Below are positions 8,043 to 10,683 of a stretch of 10,683 nt of DNA, one piece after another. The notes beneath the pieces were generated by a model. The model did not search any database. It saw only the letters and a program-made list of their open reading frames with translations, and had not been told where the DNA came from. The stretch is taken from UHGV virus genome UHGV-0105960. The stretch is one strand, 5' to 3'. Each line of letters starts with the position of its first letter. Positions within the stretch are counted from its first letter, which is position 1. The translations under genes were made by a program, and so were the position numbers. Source of the stretch: a virus.

Positions 8043-8117
8043 TGGCGGGACAGGAAGGATTCGAACCTTCGACCATTCGGTTAACAGCCGAACGCACAAC
8101 CGCTGTGCTTCTGACCC
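8043..8117 (-). tRNA. Probable tRNA-Asn (anticodon GUU), CCA-encoded; one acceptor-stem mismatch, possibly degenerate
   Basis: Minus-strand sequence GGGTCAG-AA-GCAC-AGCGGTT-GTGC-G-TTCGG-CTGTTAA-CCGAA-TGGTC-GAAGG-TTCGAAT-CCTTC-CTGTCCC-G-CCA: cloverleaf with anticodon loop C-U-[GUU]-A-A and T-loop TTCGAAT, but a T-T mismatch at acceptor pair 4:69. Lies 5 nt from the Arg tRNA. Confidence 0.6.
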
Positions 8118-8124
8118 TGAAATG

Positions 8125-8149
8125 AAAAAGGCCGCGAAATAGCGCAGCC
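8125..8149 (-). terminator. Intrinsic terminator (minus strand) immediately upstream of the tRNA pair
   Basis: On the minus strand: GGCUGCG-CUAUUU-CGCGGCC (7-bp stem with one U-G pair, 6-nt loop) followed by UUUUUCAUUU. Confidence 0.55.
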
Positions 8150-8182
8150 CTTAATGCTTTATGGTTTTGCCTGAATTAGGCG

Positions 8183-8209
8183 AAAAAAAGCCCGCTCAGA
8201 GGGGCGGGC
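8183..8209 (-). terminator. Intrinsic terminator (minus strand), candidate tR'-like late terminator
   Basis: On the minus strand: GCCCGC...GCGGGC GC-rich 6-bp stem (8190..8195 / 8204..8209) followed by a run of 7 U (8189..8183). Confidence 0.6.
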
Positions 8210-8487
8210 AGAAGGTAGGAAATACTGATTCTTCAACGGTTCGAGGCGCACCTAATAGTCCGAGCTTCCGATTTACCAGGAGAGCGCTCGTTTTCCGTTA
8301 CTACCTTTTAAACATAGCTGGAGAAGCCGAAACGGCAACCCCACTATCAAATAGCTTATGTAGCATTGCATTATGGTGCCGGGTGCCTCCCGGTGAGCAT
8401 GTCCCAGTCGACATGGCCCGCGCTGCATTTACAGATCACTGTAAGTGACTGGTCGCCCCTCCGCATAGGGGGATTCACCACACGAAT

Positions 8488-8517
8488 AGATTAACAACAT
8501 GTTAATTTTCTGGTCAA
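8488..8517 (-). promoter_or_regulatory. Candidate sigma70 late promoter (pR'-like) downstream of Q
   Basis: On the minus strand: -35 TTGACC (8517..8512), 18-bp spacer, -10 TAATCT (8493..8488). The -10 match is weak; this is a sequence-only prediction. Confidence 0.25.
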
Positions 8518-8573
8518 TAAGATATAAGCAAATGATGACATGCAGTTTTCTTATTGCTGAGTAACTTCAATCT

Positions 8574-8641
8574 GGTTCAGGGCTCTGCGCGGAAGGGCTT
8601 TGACGTGTCGTGCAGCACGTCTCTACCCAAGAGCCCTGACC
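8574..8641. repeat. 68-nt nested imperfect palindrome (outer 12-bp arms with one bulge, inner 6-bp GACGTG/CACGTC stem)
   Basis: GGTTCAGGGCTCT (8574..8586) pairs with AGAGCCCTGACC (8630..8641); inner GACGTG (8602..8607) pairs with CACGTC (8616..8621). ORF-free; lies between the Q stop and the candidate late promoter. Confidence 0.5.
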
Positions 8642-8654
8642 GGATCGCAGGCAT

Positions 8655-8681
8655 AAAAAAGCCCCGGCGGATTGCCGAGGC
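8655..8681 (-). terminator. Intrinsic terminator (minus strand) about 90 nt downstream of the Q stop
   Basis: On the minus strand: GCCUCGGC-AAUCC-GCCGGGGC hairpin (8 bp with one mismatch) followed by UUUUUU (8660..8655). Confidence 0.5.
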
Positions 8682-8770
8682 TAATTTTACAAACTGGTAT
8701 ATGACTATCATCTTCATGCCGCCACTTAAAGTTAAGGCAGCATATCAAAGTAGACTCAAATATGACGTAT

Positions 8771-9460
8771 TTAATTGACTTTTGCAAGACCCTGCTGCGA
8801 AAAAGTCGCTTTTTGTTGTGATCGTGTTCTCACAGCACAGAGAAGAGAGTCGCTATCAAGCCGCTTAAAAATGGCGCACATAGCCCGCCAGTAATCAGCG
8901 TAGTTATGGCACCAGTTATCAGGCTTAACGCCACACAGGGCTGCAAGGTCCTGGTGCTGATATACATACTTACCCGCCAGCTCTGCTTTCACGTCCTGTG
9001 CCGCCAGCCATATCAGTTTCTTCAGCCGCTCCATCGTCTTGCCGGCCACTTTCTTAGCGCCGAGTTGATCACGGAATTCTTCCCATGCCCACTGTGTTAT
9101 CGCTACCTGATACTCAAAGCGGATATTGTCGCTGTAGTTCCACAGCAACCAGGATTTCTGGTGGTCTTCCAGCGACAGGAGGGCGCGGCGCCAGCTGGCT
9201 GTCGAGTATTCAACGGGCAGAACGAGAGCGATTGAGGAACCCTTAGCGCGGGACTGGCTGCCGCTCATCGGCGGTCCATCCGGGTTAACCATTTTTTGCT
9301 TCACCTCGCTATACACCTTCTTCCGGCCACGGCTGCGCGCCGTAGCGGTAAATTGCGCGTTCTCTGCAAAAGCTACCAGTTGCCCTTTCGTCGCACCACT
9401 CAGATCGGCGGTGGCCACTATCAGCTGCTGGCGAACAAATTCCAAGTATTGAGCTGTCAT
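8771..9460 (-). CDS. Late-gene antitermination protein Q-like (229 aa)
   Basis: ATG at 9460 with GGGAGAAG Shine-Dalgarno. Canonical lambdoid position: after rusA and the ylcG-position ORF, before the terminator/tRNA region and lysis genes. Size resembles the larger Q-like proteins of cryptic E. coli prophages. Family assigned by synteny and recall only. Confidence 0.6.
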   Translation of the reverse strand: MTAQYLEFVRQQLIVATADLSGATKGQLVAFAENAQFTATARSRGRKKVYSEVKQKMVNPDGPPMSGSQSRAKGSSIALVLPVEYSTASWRRALLSLEDHQKSWLLWNYSDNIRFEYQVAITQWAWEEFRDQLGAKKVAGKTMERLKKLIWLAAQDVKAELAGKYVYQHQDLAALCGVKPDNWCHNYADYWRAMCAIFKRLDSDSLLCAVRTRSQQKATFSQQGLAKVN

Positions 9461-9477
9461 GCTGCTTCTCCCAGGCG

Positions 9478-9597
9478 CTTATAGATACGGACGAAATTGC
9501 GTAATATTTTGTAGTCGACCAGCACGGTGCCGCGGCTACGCAGGAGGCGAAGCTTTTGCCAGCGGTCGCGGATGCGTTCGATAACGTCACGGCTCAT
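9478..9597 (-). CDS. Small 39-aa ORF at the ylcG position, translationally coupled to rusA (absent from the ORF track)
   Basis: ATG at 9597..9595 overlaps the rusA TGA (ATGA); frame reads [39 protein letters not shown] and stops at TAA 9480..9478, 17 nt before the Q start. Same position as ylcG between rusA and the Q gene in DLP12. Confidence 0.45.
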
Positions 9598-9956
9598 GCG
9601 GACTCCATTTCGGTAATGGTTAGCTCAAGCCGCCCACCTTTGACGACAGGCATTCTCTTCACGCTGTAGTAGTCAACCTGCTGGTCATCGAGCCAGAAAC
9701 CCGATTTCGTCAGGGCGTCGAATGCTGCCTTTTGCAGATTGTCCAGGTCACGGCGCCGGCGATCCGGCATGTGACACTCAATACGGATTTTCAATGGCGT
9801 GGCCAGGCCGATATCAAGCATCGAGTCTTTGATGATTCTGGCGACGCTGTCGCGGGATGCCTGCCCTTCCGCGCTGATGTGTGTGCGTCCCCGGTTGTGC
9901 CGGTAGTAGCGGTTGTTGCTTGGCGGCCAGGGTAATGAAATGCGATATTGGTTCAT
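9594..9956 (-). CDS. rusA: Crossover junction endodeoxyribonuclease RusA (Holliday junction resolvase)
   Basis: 120 aa from ATG 9956: [33 protein letters not shown]...[38 protein letters not shown]...[10 protein letters not shown] is near-identical in pattern to E. coli RusA. The ORF-track start at 10019 is a GTG extension. Confidence 0.93.
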   Translation of the reverse strand: MNQYRISLPWPPSNNRYYRHNRGRTHISAEGQASRDSVARIIKDSMLDIGLATPLKIRIECHMPDRRRRDLDNLQKAAFDALTKSGFWLDDQQVDYYSVKRMPVVKGGRLELTITEMESA

Positions 9957-10243
9957 GCTTTTATCAACCCCTCTTTCATCCAGATAACCTGCGTTCTGGC
10001 CATTCCCTCCAGCGCGCACTCCTTCGCATACTCCGCATCTACCAGGCGCGTGCGGCGGTCTATTTCATCGTGACAGGATGAACAGGCGATAGCGGCGAGC
10101 AGATCAGGCGGCTTAATCCCCGTCCCGCACAATCCAGCAATGCGGATATGGGCCAATACCGTGGTTTCAGGGTTGCCGTTGCAGACGCCCGGGATGCGAA
10201 CCTGGCATTCACGACCGCGAGCTGCTTTACGAAGATTGGCCAT
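9953..10243 (-). CDS. ybcO: DUF1364 family protein, YbcO-like (nin region)
   Basis: 96 aa from ATG 10243: [65 protein letters not shown]...[22 protein letters not shown] matches the recalled DLP12 YbcO. The stop overlaps the rusA start (ATGA). Confidence 0.8.
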   Translation of the reverse strand: MANLRKAARGRECQVRIPGVCNGNPETTVLAHIRIAGLCGTGIKPPDLLAAIACSSCHDEIDRRTRLVDAEYAKECALEGMARTQVIWMKEGLIKA

Positions 10244-10245
10244 GC

Positions 10246-10452
10246 TCACCCCCATATACGTTGACGAAGTGATCGCGGAGTATGCTCCGGGCGAACACAA
10301 ACCGGCAGCCGGGCGCTGACCGTCCAACTCAGATAATCCGCGTTAAGGCTTTTCTCTGTGACAATGCCTCGCGCCTGATATCTGGACACTAACTGTTCGG
10401 CCTGCTCGGTTGTGCAGTCGGGATGCTGGAACCATGAGTATTTCATCGCCAT
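10246..10452 (-). CDS. Hypothetical nin-region protein (68 aa), at the ninE position
   Basis: ATG at 10452 overlaps the upstream stop (TGATG); MAMKYSWFQHPDCTTEQAEQLVSRYQARG...; tightly packed with neighbours on the same strand. No family recognised. Confidence 0.5.
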   Translation of the reverse strand: MAMKYSWFQHPDCTTEQAEQLVSRYQARGIVTEKSLNADYLSWTVSARLPVCVRPEHTPRSLRQRIWG

Positions 10453-10683
10453 CACCCCGCAAAGCTCAGCAGCTGACTGGCGGCGTTTTCAGCCTCAGCC
10501 GGCGAGTGGAACTTGCGACGCAGAATGTAGTTCCAAAGCACATTCAGCACTGATTTGTAGACGCCGTTAAACTGGCTGTCGTCCATGCTGGCGAAGGAGA
10601 TCGACTTTGCGACACGACGACGGCTGCCGTCAGGCATCTGGTATTCGTCATAAAAGCCAGCCTGAAGGGTTGCCCACTCGCGG
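10452..10683 (-). CDS. nin-region protein, C-terminal 76 codons only (gene continues beyond the window end); by synteny possibly YbcN/NinB-like
   Basis: The frame is open from the window edge (...REWATLQAGFYDEYQMPDGSRRRVAKSISFASMDDSQFNGVYKSVLNVLWNYILRRKFHSPAEAENAASQLLSFAG) to TGA at 10454..10452. The ORF-track ATG at 10637 is internal. Confidence 0.55.
   Translation of the reverse strand, partial: REWATLQAGFYDEYQMPDGSRRRVAKSISFASMDDSQFNGVYKSVLNVLWNYILRRKFHSPAEAENAASQLLSFAG

Noticed and set aside
7961-8117. Possibility that the tRNAs are host genes marking a prophage attachment site
   Set aside because: They are flanked on both sides by collinear phage genes on the same strand (Q upstream, lysis downstream), and the Arg tRNA differs from E. 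coli argU as I recall it; no integrase or att-like direct repeat is present in the window.
8161-8778. Plus-strand ORFs of 95 aa (8161..8448) and 74 aa (8554..8778) in the Q-tRNA intergenic region
   Set aside because: No ribosome-binding sites; they run through terminator hairpins and the long palindrome; and they have non-protein-like composition. Interpreted as chance ORFs in a structured non-coding region.
9309-9590. 93-aa minus-strand ORF from the ORF track, overlapping the Q start
   Set aside because: It overlaps the first 150 nt of the Q-like gene in another frame and ignores the ATGA-coupled 39-aa frame that neatly fills the rusA-Q gap; treated as a frame artefact.
9956-10327. N-terminally extended versions of RusA (start 10019), YbcO (start 10327), Rz (start 6892) and endolysin (start 7380) as given in the ORF track
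   Set aside because: The extensions begin with GTG or TTG (or an upstream ATG inside the preceding gene for YbcO), would create long overlaps with the upstream genes, and add residues absent from the recalled homologues; downstream ATG starts with overlap-coupled junctions are preferred.
1-10683. CRISPR arrays, integrase/transposase genes, restriction-modification systems or other recognisable multi-gene defence systems
   Set aside because: No regularly spaced direct repeats and no large ORFs with nuclease, ATPase, methyltransferase, reverse-transcriptase or recombinase motifs outside the phage packaging genes. The only accessory-like content is the small two-gene moron and the tRNA/structured region.

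Overview
This window is a segment of a lambdoid (lambda-like) enterobacterial prophage, with nearly all genes on the minus strand in canonical order. Reading 5'->3' on the minus strand (high to low coordinates): end of the nin region (partial ORF, 68-aa ORF, YbcO-like DUF1364, RusA resolvase, a 39-aa ylcG-position ORF), a Q-like late antiterminator, a ~650-bp ORF-free structured region with three intrinsic terminators, two phage-encoded tRNAs (Arg-UCU and a probable Asn-GUU), a further terminator, a lysis cassette (dual-start holin, SAR endolysin of the phage-21 R type, Rz with embedded Rz1), then the packaging/head module (small and large terminase, portal, Mu-F/SPP1-gp7-like head morphogenesis protein, a 410-aa acidic scaffold-like protein, and the start of the next structural gene). 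The only plus-strand genes are two small AT-rich ORFs (a DUF2158/YodC-like protein and an 83-aa unknown) inserted antisense between Rz and the small terminase, where lambda carries bor; this is the best candidate for an undescribed accessory function. No CRISPR array, integrase, transposase or recognisable multi-gene defence system is visible. All family assignments come from reading the translations and from recalled similarity to known proteins (lambda Rz/Rz1, phage 21 R, E. coli RusA/YbcO); none was confirmed by a database search.
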